DNA from: Chloroflexota bacterium
Lineage (GTDB): Bacteria > Chloroflexota > Dehalococcoidia > DSTF01 > JACRBR01
NCBI GenBank assembly: GCA_028872875.1
Contig: JAGWOC010000001.1
Coordinates: forward strand, 49,983-113,982
Direction of reading: 5' to 3'
DNA: 64,000 bases
Position 1 is the stretch's first letter. Each line of letters begins with the position of its first letter. Below, one piece after another: positions 36,701 through 46,210 of this stretch. Position numbers and translations under genes: made by a program. The notes under the pieces were generated by a model, which saw nothing but the letters and a program-made list of their open reading frames with translations, did not search any database and was not told the origin of the DNA.

Positions 36701-39700
36701 CGACGGCCTGCACGGCCCGGCGACTCTGCTCGATGACGGGCTGCACGGCGACGGCGCGGCCGGCGACGGGATCTACGGCGGCACGACGGCCGCGCTAGCC
36801 CCCGGGCTTTACAGCGTCGCGGTACAGGCCACCGCCCCCGGCGTCTCGCGATTCACAACCGGCGCGGTCGAGATCGCGACCGCGGCCGCCACGCCCACAC
36901 CGACGGCCAGCGCGACCGCCAGCAGCACGCCGACAAGCGCCGCCACCGCCACACCCACGCCGACGGACACGCCCACCGCTGTGCCGACCGCGACCGACAC
37001 GCCGGCCGTCACCAGCACCGCGACGGCGACGCCAACGGCGACCGCGACGCCCTCGCTCGTGTACAACGTGAACAGCACCGCCGACGTCGTCGATGCGCAC
37101 CCCGGCGACGGCGTCTGCGCCACCGGGGCCGGCGAGTGCACGCTCCGTGCCGCGGTCATGGAGGCCAACGTCCAGTCGATCCGCGCCGGCATGCCGACGA
37201 TCAACCTCCCGGCGGGCGTCTACACGCTGACTCGCGGCCCGGCCGACGACATCCGCTTCGGGTCGGACTTCGTTGATTCGTCGGGCGACCTGGATCAGCG
37301 GAGCATGGCCATCCACGGCGCCGGTCCCTCCGCCACGATCATCGACGGCGGCCGCATCGACCGGATCTTCGAGGTGTTCGGTGACCACGTCACGATCAGC
37401 GGCGTCACGCTCCGCAACGGCGATGCGAAGCTTGCGGACGGGACGCAGACGGTCGGCGACGCGATCTTCGTCTACGGCCCCGGGAGTGCGAAGCTGTCGC
37501 TCAGCGACGCCGTCATCAGCGGCAACGGCGCCGGCGATGCCGCGATCGCGGTCAACGGCGCGCTCACGATCACCGACAGCACCATCGAGGGGAACGCCGG
37601 CGGCGGCATCCGCGTCGGGAACGGTTCGCTCTCCCTGCTGCGCAGCAGCGTCAAGGGCAACGCCGGCGCCGGCATCCGCACCGAGAATCAGTACGGCTTC
37701 GGGACCGCGACCGTCACGGACAGCACGATCAGCGGCAACCACCTCGGTGGTGACGGCGCGGGCGTCTGGAACAGCGGCGCGCTGACGCTCCTCCGCAGCA
37801 CCGTCAGCGGCAACACCGCCGGTGGCCGCGGCGGCGGCATCGCGAACTTTGGCACGGCGACGATCACCGACAGCACGATCAGCAGCAACGCCGCCGAGGT
37901 GGACGGTGGCGGCATCTTCAACGACTTCCCGCGCGCCGCGCACCTGACGCTCACGAACGTCACCGTCGCGCACAACCTCGCGGATAGCGACCAGACGGGC
38001 TCGGGCGACGGCGGCGGCGTCTACAATGGCGGCATCGGCACCGTTACGCTCACCAACACGCTCCTCGCCGCGAACACCGATGCGGGCGGAGAGGCGCCGG
38101 ACTGCGGCGGCTCGCTCGTGTCCGGCGGGCACAACCTCCTCCAGTCCTCAGCCAGCTGCGCGCTCTCGCCGCAGGCCGGCGACCGCATCGGCGTCACGGC
38201 CGCGCTCGGCCCGCTCGCCGACAACGGCGGCCCGACGTTCACCCACGCCCTCCTCGCGGGCAGCCCGGCGATCGACGCCGCCGACCCGCTGATGTGTGGC
38301 GCGACGGACCAGCGCAGCCGAGTCCGCCCCGTCGATGGCAACGCCGACGGCACCCCCGTGTGCGACATCGGCGCCGTCGAGTTCGACCCTGCGGACGGGC
38401 CGCCGGCGTCGCTGGCGCCGCCCCCGCCCGCACCGGCGCCGCTCGTCGCGTTCACCGTCGACAGCTTCGCCGACGGCGTCGACGCCGCGCCCGGCAACGG
38501 CGTCTGCGCGACGGCCGGCGGCGCCTGCACGTTGCGCGCCGCCGTCATGGAGGCGAACAAGCTCTCCGGCACGAACGTCATCAGGCTCGGCGCCGGCACC
38601 TACCAGCTCTCGATCCCGACGCTGGAGGTCTACGCCCCGGACGCCTCGCGGGGCGACCTTGACGTGTCCGAAGGGCTCGTCATCGAAGGCACGGGCGCGG
38701 CGGCGACCGTCATCGACGGTGGAGGGCTCGACGGCGTCATCAACAGCGGCGGGGTGCTGGAGCTCAAGGGACTGACGATCCGCAACGGCGCGCCGTCGCA
38801 CACCCCGGGCGGCGCCAGCGTCGGCGGCGGCGGCGTGGGCGCGCTCGTCCTGCTGCTCCAGGATGTGGACGCGACGGGGAACCAGGGCACCGCGGTCGGC
38901 GGCGGCTGGATCGTCGCACGCCGCATCCACGTCACTTCGAATAGCATCGGATCCGCGGTATCTACAGGGTACGGCTCGCTGTTCCTGGCCGACAGCATCG
39001 TCAGCGGCACGGCCTTCGGCGGCGGCATCACGACGAGCGTCCCGGCCGTGGTCCTCCGCTCCACCGTCACGGGAAACGCCCGGAGCGGCATCGACATCCA
39101 GGACGCGTCGGCCGACATCATCGACAGCACGATCAGCGGCAACCACGCCGACACGAGTGGTGGCGGCGTCGAGATTGGGTACGGCGACGTGCGCATCAGC
39201 GGCACGACCATCGACGGCAACAGCAGCACCGGCAGCGGCGGCGGCATCGACAACAACGGCACCCTCGTGCTCACCAACAGCACGATCAGCGGCAACAGCG
39301 CCAGCCAGTGGGGCGGCGGCCTGATCAACAACAATCTTGGCACGGCGACACTGCGCAACGTGACGATCACCGCCAACACGGCGCAAAGCGGCGGCAGCGC
39401 CTTCGGCGATGGCGGAGGCATCTACCAGAGCAGCATCCACGCGATCACCCTCGAAAACACGATCATTGCCGGCAACACCGACGCCGGCGGCCAGGCGCCC
39501 GACTGCTCGGGCACGCTCCCGTCGCCGTCCTACAACCTGATCGGCGACATGAGCGGCTGCACGATCGTCGGCACCAGCACGGCGAACATCCTCGGTCGGG
39601 CCGCCCGCCTCGGCCCGCTGCAGGACAACGGCGGGCCGACGCTGACGCACGCGCTGCTCGCCGGCAGCCCCGCCATCGACCAGGGCGGCGACGCCCTGTG

Positions 39701-40448
39701 CGCGCCGACGGACCAGCGCGGCGTCCGCCGCCCGATCGACGGCGACGGCGACGGCGTGGCGGCGTGCGACATCGGCGCCTTCGAGGCCCCAGCCGTCGCC
39801 GGCGCACCGACGGCAACACCCACGAGCACGCCAACCGCCACGCCAACCGCCACGGCGACGGACACGCCGGTGGCTACCAGCACGCCCACGTCCACCCTGA
39901 CGCCGCCCGCGACCAGCACCAGCACGCCGCCCGCCTCCGCAACCAGCACCGCGACGGATACACCGGTGCCGACCACGACCGCGGCACCCACGGCGACCGC
40001 CACAACCACGGCCGTGCACACCGCGACGGCCACAGCTACCTCCATCGCGACGAGCACGCCCACGCCGCCCGCCACCGCGACGGCCGTGCCCCCGGCGAAG
40101 GCGACAGCAAGCAGCACGTCCACCGTGACGGCGACGGCGACGCCCACGCCGGCGGGCTCGGCGGCACCGATCTACTCTGTCGCCACGGCGACCCCGTCAT
40201 CCGCTCCGGCGCCGAGCCCGTCGCCATCCGGCGCCACGCCCCGGGCGACCCCTACGCTGGTCAGTAGCGCGCTCGCCGCCACGGCACAACGCGGCGGCTC
40301 GGCGCCGGTTGCCGGTCTACCCAACACCGGCGCAGCACCGCCCAGGGCGTCCGCCGGGCCGCGCACATGGCTTATGGCGGCTGGCGTGCTCGCCCTCATC
40401 GCGCTCGCGGCCGCACACGCCGCGTCACGCGGGCGGCGCCGCCGCTAG
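33741..40448 (+). CDS. giant LPXTG-anchored multidomain surface protein: signal peptide, RCC1 propeller, beta-sandwich, LipA-type lipase domain, 2x CSLREA/beta-helix/choice-of-anchor-Q-like modules, T/P-rich linkers, LPNTG sorting signal
   Basis: Single ORF 33720..40448. ATG 33741 is preferred (GAGG 5 nt upstream; signal peptide MFSARACAGALALLAIGVIVAGG). RCC1-type repeats with recurring HTCAL...CWG.N..GELG. Lipase-like block PKPVVLVHGW...VDVVAHSMGGLISRDY (AHSMGG at 35721-35738). Two modules begin GDGVCAT..C.LRAAVMEAN (37138-37170 and 38526-38558) and end GGPT.THALLAGSPAID...TDQR...RP.DG..DG...CDIGA(V/F)E (38361-38384 and 39766-39789). C-terminus LPNTG (40317-40331) + AAGVLALIALAAAHAA + RGRRRR. 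Confidence 0.85.
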   Translation: MFSARACAGALALLAIGVIVAGGSPGPLQGARLPAAVAVAPAATPAIPMVAVGGRHTCALNSNGAVRCWGRNADGELGDGTTISRQRPALVAGLSSGVTAIAAGFSHTCALTTGGGVKCWGSNADGELGDFTQVNRSMPVDVINLTTGVVAISAGDRHTCALLAAGGMRCWGYNVYGEVGNGTSGNLWLGAVDVCTSGSGIGCAGGAPLTGIASMSAGGINTCAVTTAGALKCWGGNYSGQLGLGILSDSPLPPGGVCPTSPDANATCISLPTDVPSLQSGVAAVNAGQTACALTTAGGVMCWGLNNVGETGSGIVSPCNPKVPPQPYVACDRPQPDPAAVSGLSSGVAAISGGCALLLTGGVKCWGENLFGQIGDGTTTVRTTPVGVLGLGSGVASIGPGQDAVHHCVTMAAGGLKCWGSNSWGQLGATSADTCFLGFACSLVPIDVQQCTICVLDMSFEHQVYPDEANWAPVAAQGTVDGNQVRVKATLRNQAGTDQPVTVEFRDADTGTLLPGGSIDGTVPASGELPVTYVWNTDGFAWDGGAARSPRHVRVTVLQGATTQDTDIRGIKIVPKPVVLVHGWNSNFGTWASYQGFLTSVSPDWKAFAVGDGQAPGVMNTGSMSHPFTLTNTIDQNAIEMSQYVHGVRQQMNAWHVDVVAHSMGGLISRDYIQYWMPPDAYARPVIDHLVMLGTPNQGTSCADLGAAILGPLGAGAFLFPATLQLTKTYLAIFNQQVTNRRGVKFSISAGDPIPITCLEGAGDEIVPYRSALMLDPLPGTPITDSESRSILHHHMPGDPGQFNQFVKPRLTGVLPAPAAASAAGAHAPVRAVAAVAPPPVVAPQILAGVGVEVAAGGMADVPFTVTDGTRIGVTLIAASSVTTELHNPVGTVAASAAAGSDAAQAGLRTLTVDTPSAGVWTLHLVNTDGAAPADVAGSAWVDGSAVQLVLAPPTPAPDGSVPLTATLTNGGSALAGATITAMLTGADGLHGPATLLDDGLHGDGAAGDGIYGGTTAALAPGLYSVAVQATAPGVSRFTTGAVEIATAAATPTPTASATASSTPTSAATATPTPTDTPTAVPTATDTPAVTSTATATPTATATPSLVYNVNSTADVVDAHPGDGVCATGAGECTLRAAVMEANVQSIRAGMPTINLPAGVYTLTRGPADDIRFGSDFVDSSGDLDQRSMAIHGAGPSATIIDGGRIDRIFEVFGDHVTISGVTLRNGDAKLADGTQTVGDAIFVYGPGSAKLSLSDAVISGNGAGDAAIAVNGALTITDSTIEGNAGGGIRVGNGSLSLLRSSVKGNAGAGIRTENQYGFGTATVTDSTISGNHLGGDGAGVWNSGALTLLRSTVSGNTAGGRGGGIANFGTATITDSTISSNAAEVDGGGIFNDFPRAAHLTLTNVTVAHNLADSDQTGSGDGGGVYNGGIGTVTLTNTLLAANTDAGGEAPDCGGSLVSGGHNLLQSSASCALSPQAGDRIGVTAALGPLADNGGPTFTHALLAGSPAIDAADPLMCGATDQRSRVRPVDGNADGTPVCDIGAVEFDPADGPPASLAPPPPAPAPLVAFTVDSFADGVDAAPGNGVCATAGGACTLRAAVMEANKLSGTNVIRLGAGTYQLSIPTLEVYAPDASRGDLDVSEGLVIEGTGAAATVIDGGGLDGVINSGGVLELKGLTIRNGAPSHTPGGASVGGGGVGALVLLLQDVDATGNQGTAVGGGWIVARRIHVTSNSIGSAVSTGYGSLFLADSIVSGTAFGGGITTSVPAVVLRSTVTGNARSGIDIQDASADIIDSTISGNHADTSGGGVEIGYGDVRISGTTIDGNSSTGSGGGIDNNGTLVLTNSTISGNSASQWGGGLINNNLGTATLRNVTITANTAQSGGSAFGDGGGIYQSSIHAITLENTIIAGNTDAGGQAPDCSGTLPSPSYNLIGDMSGCTIVGTSTANILGRAARLGPLQDNGGPTLTHALLAGSPAIDQGGDALCAPTDQRGVRRPIDGDGDGVAACDIGAFEAPAVAGAPTATPTSTPTATPTATATDTPVATSTPTSTLTPPATSTSTPPASATSTATDTPVPTTTAAPTATATTTAVHTATATATSIATSTPTPPATATAVPPAKATASSTSTVTATATPTPAGSAAPIYSVATATPSSAPAPSPSPSGATPRATPTLVSSALAATAQRGGSAPVAGLPNTGAAPPRASAGPRTWLMAAGVLALIALAAAHAASRGRRRR

Positions 40449-40481
40449 GGCTGAGCGCCTGGTGCAGGGCGCAGACGGAGA

Positions 40482-41675
40482 TTACGGCAGATAGTCGAGC
40501 GGGTTCTCGCGCACGCCGTTGTCGATCACTTCGAAGTGCAGGTGGCGGCCCGTCGAGTAGCCGGTCGAGCCGATAATCCCCAGCTCCGCGCCCTGCGCCA
40601 CCTGCTGTCCCTGCGTCACCGCGATTGAGCTGAGGTGCGCGTACACCGTCTCGATGCCGGCCGCGCTCTTTACGATCACATACAGCCCGTACGAGCAGCA
40701 GGCGTTGCCGCCGGCGAATACCACAGTGCCGCTCGTCGCCGCCGCGACCGGCGCGCCTGGCAGGTTGAAGCCATCGATGTCGATGCCGAGCGGGTGCGAT
40801 GGACCGTAGTAGCTCGAGATCGGTCCGACGACCGGCCAGATCAGCCCGTGCGACGACTTCGGCCCGCCCCGTACCGCCGCGCCGCCGCCCGACGGGCTCG
40901 TGCTGCCCCCGCCCGATGGCGCAGGCGTCGGCTGCGGCTCCGGTGCCGGTGACGCTGCACCCGCCGGCCCGGCAACAGGGCCCGGTGCCGGTACCTTCCC
41001 GCCTGGCACGAAGAGCAGTTGCGTTTCTTTGATGTTGTCCGCCGCCGCGATGTGGTTCGGCGCAAACGATGTGATGGCAGACACCTCCACGCCGAAGCGC
41101 GTCGCAATGTCGCTGAGCGTCTCGCCATACCGCACCTCGTGCAGGATGCCGTTGCCCGCCGGTACGATGATCGACTGGCCGAGCTTCAGGAAGTTCGAGT
41201 CCTGGATCTCGATGTTGTTGGCGGTAATGTACTGCGGCTCGATCCCGAAGCGCGCGGCGATCGCGGTCACCGTGTCGCCCGCCTGAACCTGGTAGACCTG
41301 GTACGGCGGCAGGTCGGGCGGTGGCGCCACGCTGGCCGCACGGACCGCCGCGCCCTCATCGGGCAGCGGCGCCGGCGGCGGCGACGGTGCTGGCGTCGGC
41401 GATGCGCTGAGGGACGCCAGTTGCTCAGCCACCTGCTGCGCCTGCGCGGGCGGCGCCTGTGCGGCGCGTAGTGTCCGGGTGAGCGCGCTTGCCCGCACCA
41501 CGGTGTCCTGCGCGGGGGGGACGCTCGAGCCAACGCCCGGTAGCGACAGGCCTGTGACGGGCGCGGCGAACGCCTGCGATCGGCCCGGTGCACGCGGACC
41601 GAACATCATGGCGTAGCCAGCAGCGAGCAGGATCAACGCCAAGACCAGGCCGTGCACATACGGCCGCCGCTGCAC
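40482..41675 (-). CDS. M23 family metallopeptidase with two LysM domains and an N-terminal TM anchor
   Basis: GTG start. Two LysM blocks (YQVQAGDTVTAIAARFGIEPQYITANN...LGQSIIVP and HEVRYGETLSDIATRFGVEVSAIT). A C-terminal M23 domain carries HGLIWPVVGPISSYYG...GIDIDG...GYSTGRHLHFEV. Confidence 0.85.
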   Translation of the reverse strand: MQRRPYVHGLVLALILLAAGYAMMFGPRAPGRSQAFAAPVTGLSLPGVGSSVPPAQDTVVRASALTRTLRAAQAPPAQAQQVAEQLASLSASPTPAPSPPPAPLPDEGAAVRAASVAPPPDLPPYQVYQVQAGDTVTAIAARFGIEPQYITANNIEIQDSNFLKLGQSIIVPAGNGILHEVRYGETLSDIATRFGVEVSAITSFAPNHIAAADNIKETQLLFVPGGKVPAPGPVAGPAGAASPAPEPQPTPAPSGGGSTSPSGGGAAVRGGPKSSHGLIWPVVGPISSYYGPSHPLGIDIDGFNLPGAPVAAATSGTVVFAGGNACCSYGLYVIVKSAAGIETVYAHLSSIAVTQGQQVAQGAELGIIGSTGYSTGRHLHFEVIDNGVRENPLDYLP

Positions 41676-42054
41676 GCGACCACCACGCGCCCGCGAGTGT
41701 CGTCTTGCCCTGCTGGCATCGAGTCGCGCCCGTTGATCACGGAACGAGCGCGGGCTGAGCGTGCCTCTGATGCTCCCCCACTCCTACTTCAAGCGCCTGC
41801 TCGCGTGCTGCCGCACAGTGTAACCGCTGTAGCACACACCCCTGGGCCCGGCACCACACTCACCTGACGAACGCGGGCCAGCGTGCCCGGGGCCCGCACA
41901 CGGCCTGCATTCTAACCCACCCTGAGCAAATGCCAAGACAGCCATCTGGCTCATTTTGGTGGTGAAGCTGCGTCTCAACAGCCTGATCCCCGATTCTGGA
42001 TCCACCGAACCCACCGTTCCAAACCCCCTATAATGAAGGTGATCTTCGAGAGAG

Positions 42055-43335
42055 GTGCGGCTTGTCTACGTGATCGATCGAGCAGATGTCCACCTGACAG
42101 CGGGGGACGGTGGCCACGGGCTCATCAGCTTCCACCGCGAGAAGTTCGTGCCCCGGGGCGGTCCAGACGGCGGCGACGGCGGCCGCGGCGGCAATGTAGT
42201 GCTGGCCGTTGATCCGGCTGTACACGGTCTCGGTGGGTTCCGTTACCGACGCCAGTACCGCGCGGCCCGCGGCGGTAACGGGGCAAAGAACAAGAAGCAT
42301 GGGAGTAACGGAGAGGATCTGACGCTGCGCGTGCCGCCCGGCACAACGGTACGGATGGCAGGCACAGGAGAGGTGATCGGCGATTTGCTGCACGAAGGCG
42401 ATCGGCTCATCGTGGCGCGGGGAGGACGAGGCGGACGCGGCAACGTGCACTTTGCTACGCCGACGCATCAGGCGCCGTATATCTCCGAAACCGGGCAGCG
42501 TGGTGAAGACGTGCGGGTCGAGCTTGAACTCAAGCTGCTGGCGGACGTCGGTCTCGTGGGGCTCCCGAATGCCGGAAAGTCCACACTGCTTCGCGCGGTG
42601 TCTCGTGCCACGCCCAAAGTCGCCGACTATCCGTTCACGACCGTTGAGCCGTACCTCGGTGTGGTCGAGGTCGGCTACGATTCATACGTCATGGCGGACA
42701 TCCCGGGCCTGATCGAAGGAGCGCACGAGGGCGCCGGCCTCGGGCTGGAGTTCCTGCGGCACATCGAACGTACCCGGCTCCTGATCCACGTCGTCGATGC
42801 CGCGGCCGAGGATCCGTTGCGGGCCATCGACGTGATCGATGCTGAGCTGGCGGCGTACGCACCGGAGTTGGGACGCCGGCGCCAGATCCTGGCATTCAAC
42901 AAGATGGACGTGCCGCAGGCAGCCGCCCGGCGGGATACCCTCGCGGAGGCGGCAAGGCGGCTCGGGCGCACACCGGCGTTCATCTCCGCGGCCGCGCGCC
43001 AGGGGACCGCCGAACTGGCGCAGCTCGCCTTCCAGGAGCTGGCACGCGCGCGCGAAGAGGAGCCTCAACCGGAGCTCGCGGACGCGCCCCCGGTCCTGCG
43101 CCCGCGGCCGCGCGGCCCGCAGTTCCGCATCGAGCGCGAGGACGGGGCGTTTCGCGTGGTCGGCGAGCGGCCCGTCGTGCTCGTCGAGATGCTCGCGCTC
43201 CAGTCCGACGATTCTCGTGCCGAGGCCATGCGCCGGCTGGGCCGGATGGGCGTCGTCGCGGCGCTCAAGCGGGCTGGTGCGCGCGCCGGCGACCCGGTGC
43301 GGTTCGGCGACATCGAGCTGCGGTGGGAATCATGA
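42055..43335 (+). CDS. obg: GTPase Obg/CgtA
   Basis: Obg fold with Gly-rich N-terminus (AGDGGHG...GGPDGGDGGRGGNVV), G-domain GLVGLPNAGKSTLL...DIPGLIEGA...NKMD, and C-terminal OCT/TGS-like domain. The exact start is uncertain (GTG 42055). Confidence 0.93.
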   Translation: MRLVYVIDRADVHLTAGDGGHGLISFHREKFVPRGGPDGGDGGRGGNVVLAVDPAVHGLGGFRYRRQYRAARGGNGAKNKKHGSNGEDLTLRVPPGTTVRMAGTGEVIGDLLHEGDRLIVARGGRGGRGNVHFATPTHQAPYISETGQRGEDVRVELELKLLADVGLVGLPNAGKSTLLRAVSRATPKVADYPFTTVEPYLGVVEVGYDSYVMADIPGLIEGAHEGAGLGLEFLRHIERTRLLIHVVDAAAEDPLRAIDVIDAELAAYAPELGRRRQILAFNKMDVPQAAARRDTLAEAARRLGRTPAFISAAARQGTAELAQLAFQELARAREEEPQPELADAPPVLRPRPRGPQFRIEREDGAFRVVGERPVVLVEMLALQSDDSRAEAMRRLGRMGVVAALKRAGARAGDPVRFGDIELRWES

Positions 43336-43934
43336 GGGTCGGCATCCTCGGCGGCACCTTCGACCCCGTGCACATCGGCCATCTGGTGCTGGCGGAGCAG
43401 GCGCGCACGGCGCTTGCGCTCGACTGCGTGCTGTTCGTGCCTGCGGGCGACCCGTGGCGGAAGGGCCGCCCGCTCATGACGCCCGGGGCGGTGCGGCTCG
43501 ATATGCTGCGCCTCGCGACAGCCGGCAACGAGGGCTTTGGGATCGCGGACATCGAGCTGCGGCGCCCCGGGCCGACGTACACCGCCGACACGCTCGAGAC
43601 GCTGGCGGCGGAGCGCCTCGACGACGAGTTCTGGTTCATCGTCGGCGCCGATGCGCTGGCCGACCTGCCGAACTGGCACGAGCCTGAGCGTATCGTGCGC
43701 CACGCGACGCTCGCCGTGGCTCCGCGCGACGCGTCCTCGCCGCTGGCCCCGGCCTTGCCAGGCATCGAGGCGCGCATCGAGCGCGTTCCCATGCCGCGGA
43801 TCGACGTTGCATCGAGCGACATCCGGGCGCGCATCGCTGCCGGCCGCAGCATCCGGTATCTCGTGCCCGACGCGGTGCGGGAGCACATCGAGCGCCACGG
43901 TCTGTACCGCGCCGGGGCGCCGGCGAAGGCCTGA
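43332..43934 (+). CDS. nadD: nicotinate-nucleotide adenylyltransferase
   Basis: MRVGILGGTFDPVHIGHLVLAEQA is the (H/T)xGH nucleotidyltransferase motif. The ATG overlaps the obg TGA (ATGA at 43332-43335). Confidence 0.9.
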   Translation: MRVGILGGTFDPVHIGHLVLAEQARTALALDCVLFVPAGDPWRKGRPLMTPGAVRLDMLRLATAGNEGFGIADIELRRPGPTYTADTLETLAAERLDDEFWFIVGADALADLPNWHEPERIVRHATLAVAPRDASSPLAPALPGIEARIERVPMPRIDVASSDIRARIAAGRSIRYLVPDAVREHIERHGLYRAGAPAKA

Positions 43935-43944
43935 CGGACGGCGA

Positions 43945-44646
43945 TCAGCCTGGGGCGATGAGATTGCGGCCCTCGATCCGCCAGCCAGGGGGCAGCGTTG
44001 CGGCGATGAATGACACGCGCGGCACCGGCGGCCAGAAAAACGGGCGCAGGTTCGCCTCGCGCGTGTAGTCGAAGCCGCTGCGCTCGGCGAGCCCCATCAG
44101 GCTCTGCTGCGTAGCGTGGCGGCCGGGGTAGCGGCGCAGCCAGAGGCGCTGCCACCAAGCGAAGCGGCCTGCCGGCGGGGCAAGATCCCACGCCAGCATC
44201 AGTGCCCCCGGCCGCAGCACGCGTGCGGCCTCGCGCAGTACCGCTTGGGCGCCGCGGACGTCGAGGAAGCGCAGCAGGTCGTCGCAGTACACGACGTCGA
44301 ACGCACCGTCCCGAAACGGCAGCGCGTCCGGCCCCGCGAGCACCGCCGTTGCCGGCCGCCCGTTGTCGAGAAAGGCGCGCTCGGCCCGCCGGGCGAGCTT
44401 CGGCGAAGGCTCGACGCCGGCCGCGGAGACGCCCTGGAAGCGGAGCTTCTGGTCGAAGAGCAGGATCCGGCTGCCCGCGCCGCAGCCGATCTCCAGCATG
44501 CGGGTGTCCGCCTGCATCAGCATCTCGCGAGGCAGCGAGTACGCGGGCGGGTTGGAGAACATCTGCCCGGGGACGGACTGCAGGAAGCGCCGCCACCACG
44601 AGCCCGCGAGCTGCCGCTCGCGCTCGGCGATCTGGTCGGGAGTCAT
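43945..44646 (-). CDS. class I SAM-dependent methyltransferase
   Basis: [15 protein letters not shown] (motif I) ... [13 protein letters not shown] ... LRPGALML. Confidence 0.75.
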   Translation of the reverse strand: MTPDQIAERERQLAGSWWRRFLQSVPGQMFSNPPAYSLPREMLMQADTRMLEIGCGAGSRILLFDQKLRFQGVSAAGVEPSPKLARRAERAFLDNGRPATAVLAGPDALPFRDGAFDVVYCDDLLRFLDVRGAQAVLREAARVLRPGALMLAWDLAPPAGRFAWWQRLWLRRYPGRHATQQSLMGLAERSGFDYTREANLRPFFWPPVPRVSFIAATLPPGWRIEGRNLIAPG

Positions 44647-44829
44647 CGGGGGAAGGGTAGGGGATCGGTGGGAAGCGGCAACCCGGCGCGGCGCACCTCG
44701 GAGGTGTGGATATGGATACCAGTGCGCGATCGGGTCATATCACGGCGTCAATACGGTCCGCATGACCGACTTCATCTCCCTGCTCACTGCGGGCTGACGC
44801 CGACCGCGCGAAGAGGCGCGGGTTATACA

Positions 44830-45888
44830 ATGCGCGCGATGGCAAAGAAGGAATCCCAGCCAGAGCGCGTCGTCGCCGGCGAGCCGCAGGACGGTGACCT
44901 CCTGGTCGATACGTCGCTGCGGCCGAAGCGCCTCGGCGAATACATCAACCAGCAGAAGGTCAAGGACAACATCGCCATCAGCATCGAGGCGGCGCGCCAG
45001 CGCGGCGAGCCGCTCGACCATGTGCTGCTCTACGGGCCGCCCGGGCTCGGCAAGACGACGCTCGCCTACATCATCGCCGCCGAGATGCAGGTCAGCATCC
45101 GCGTTACGTCGGGCCCGGCGATCGAGCGCATCGGCGACCTTGCCGCGGTCCTCACCAGCCTGCAGCCCGGCGACGTGCTCTTCATCGACGAGATCCACCG
45201 CCTGTCCCGCGTCGTCGAGGAGTTCCTCTACCCCGCGCTCGAGGAGTCGGCGATCGACTGGGTCACCGGCAAGGGGCCCGGCGCGCGCTCGATCCGCCTC
45301 GCGATCAAGCCGTTCACGCTGATCGGCGCGACGACGCGCTACGCGATGATGTCGCCGCCGCTCCGCGACCGCTTCGGCGGCGTCTACCGGCTCGACTTCC
45401 ACGACGTGGATGCGCTCTCCCAGATCATCCGGCGCTCCGCGTCCATCCTCGGTGTGCCGGTCGATGCCGCCGGCACGACGGCGATCGCGCAGCGCGCGCG
45501 GGGGACGCCGCGCGTCGCCAATCGGCTCCTGCGCCGCGTCCGCGACTACGCCCAGGTGAAGGCCGACGGCGCCATCACTGCGGCCGTCGCCGCGGAGGCG
45601 CTCGCCCGGCTCGAGATCGACGAGCTGGGCCTCGACAGCGTGGACGAGCGCGTCCTGCGCACGATCATCGAGAAGTTCGAGGGTGGGCCCGTCGGGCTGG
45701 AGACGATCGCGGCATCGATCTCCGAGGACGCCGACACGATTATGGACGTGTACGAGCCGTATCTCCTGCAGCTCGGCTTCATCCAGCGCACGCCGCGCGG
45801 CCGCCAGGCGACCCGCCGCGCCTACGAACACCTCGGGATCGCGCCCCGGGCCGGCGCCCCCGCCCCGCAGCGAGCGCTCTGGGAGTAG
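44830..45888 (+). CDS. ruvB: Holliday junction branch-migration helicase RuvB
   Basis: ATG 44830 (MRAMAKKES...). Walker [15 protein letters not shown], Walker [11 protein letters not shown], sensor region, and a C-terminal winged helix. The upstream part of track ORF 44116..45888 is antisense junk. No ruvA is adjacent. Confidence 0.95.
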   Translation: MRAMAKKESQPERVVAGEPQDGDLLVDTSLRPKRLGEYINQQKVKDNIAISIEAARQRGEPLDHVLLYGPPGLGKTTLAYIIAAEMQVSIRVTSGPAIERIGDLAAVLTSLQPGDVLFIDEIHRLSRVVEEFLYPALEESAIDWVTGKGPGARSIRLAIKPFTLIGATTRYAMMSPPLRDRFGGVYRLDFHDVDALSQIIRRSASILGVPVDAAGTTAIAQRARGTPRVANRLLRRVRDYAQVKADGAITAAVAAEALARLEIDELGLDSVDERVLRTIIEKFEGGPVGLETIAASISEDADTIMDVYEPYLLQLGFIQRTPRGRQATRRAYEHLGIAPRAGAPAPQRALWE

Positions 45889-45923
45889 CGCCACGGGCGC
45901 GGCCACGACGGGAGGGACCAGCG

Positions 45924-46142
45924 ATGGCGCACGACGTGACGTTCCGGATCCCCGAGCGCCGGGTGGGCAACAGCGACATCGAGATCGCGGTGCGCGAGGA
46001 CGGCGACCTGCTCGGCACACTCGGGATCAGCAAGGGCGCGCTGCTGTGGATGCCCGCGAACAAGCGGCGCGGCTTCGTGCTCGAGTGGGCGGCCTTCGAC
46101 CGCCTCGCGCGCGAGCACGGCCGCCGCGCGCAGGCACGATGA
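45924..46142 (+). CDS. hypothetical small protein (72 aa)
   Basis: GGGAGGGA lies 8 nt before ATG 45924. MAHDVTFRIPERRVGNSDIEIAVREDGDLLGTLGISKGALLWMPANKRRGFVLEWAAFDRLAREHG has ordinary composition. Confidence 0.45.
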   Translation: MAHDVTFRIPERRVGNSDIEIAVREDGDLLGTLGISKGALLWMPANKRRGFVLEWAAFDRLAREHGRRAQAR

Positions 46143-46194
46143 GCTGGTGCGTGCGGGCGAGGCTGCGGCGAGCGAGTGAGCTTGACCATAGTTC

Positions 46195-46204
46195 ACCTAT
46201 AGGT
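46195..46204. promoter_or_regulatory. perfect 10-bp palindrome ACCTATAGGT in an AT-rich promoter region immediately upstream of the XRE regulator gene; TTGACC -35-like hexamer at 46182-46187
   Basis: Read directly from the sequence. No Shine-Dalgarno precedes ATG 46211 (ttaacaaATG), suggesting a leaderless or weakly initiated mRNA. Confidence 0.5.
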
Positions 46205-46210
46205 TAACAA

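Noticed and set aside
36880-40230. Apparent DNA tandem repeats (ACGCCGACGGCGACCGCGACGCC-like) and two long similar blocks inside the giant gene.
   Set aside because: They are coding for Thr/Pro/Ala linkers and for the two diverged protein modules. They are an internal protein-domain duplication, not an independent repeat element or CRISPR array. No spacer-repeat periodicity is present.
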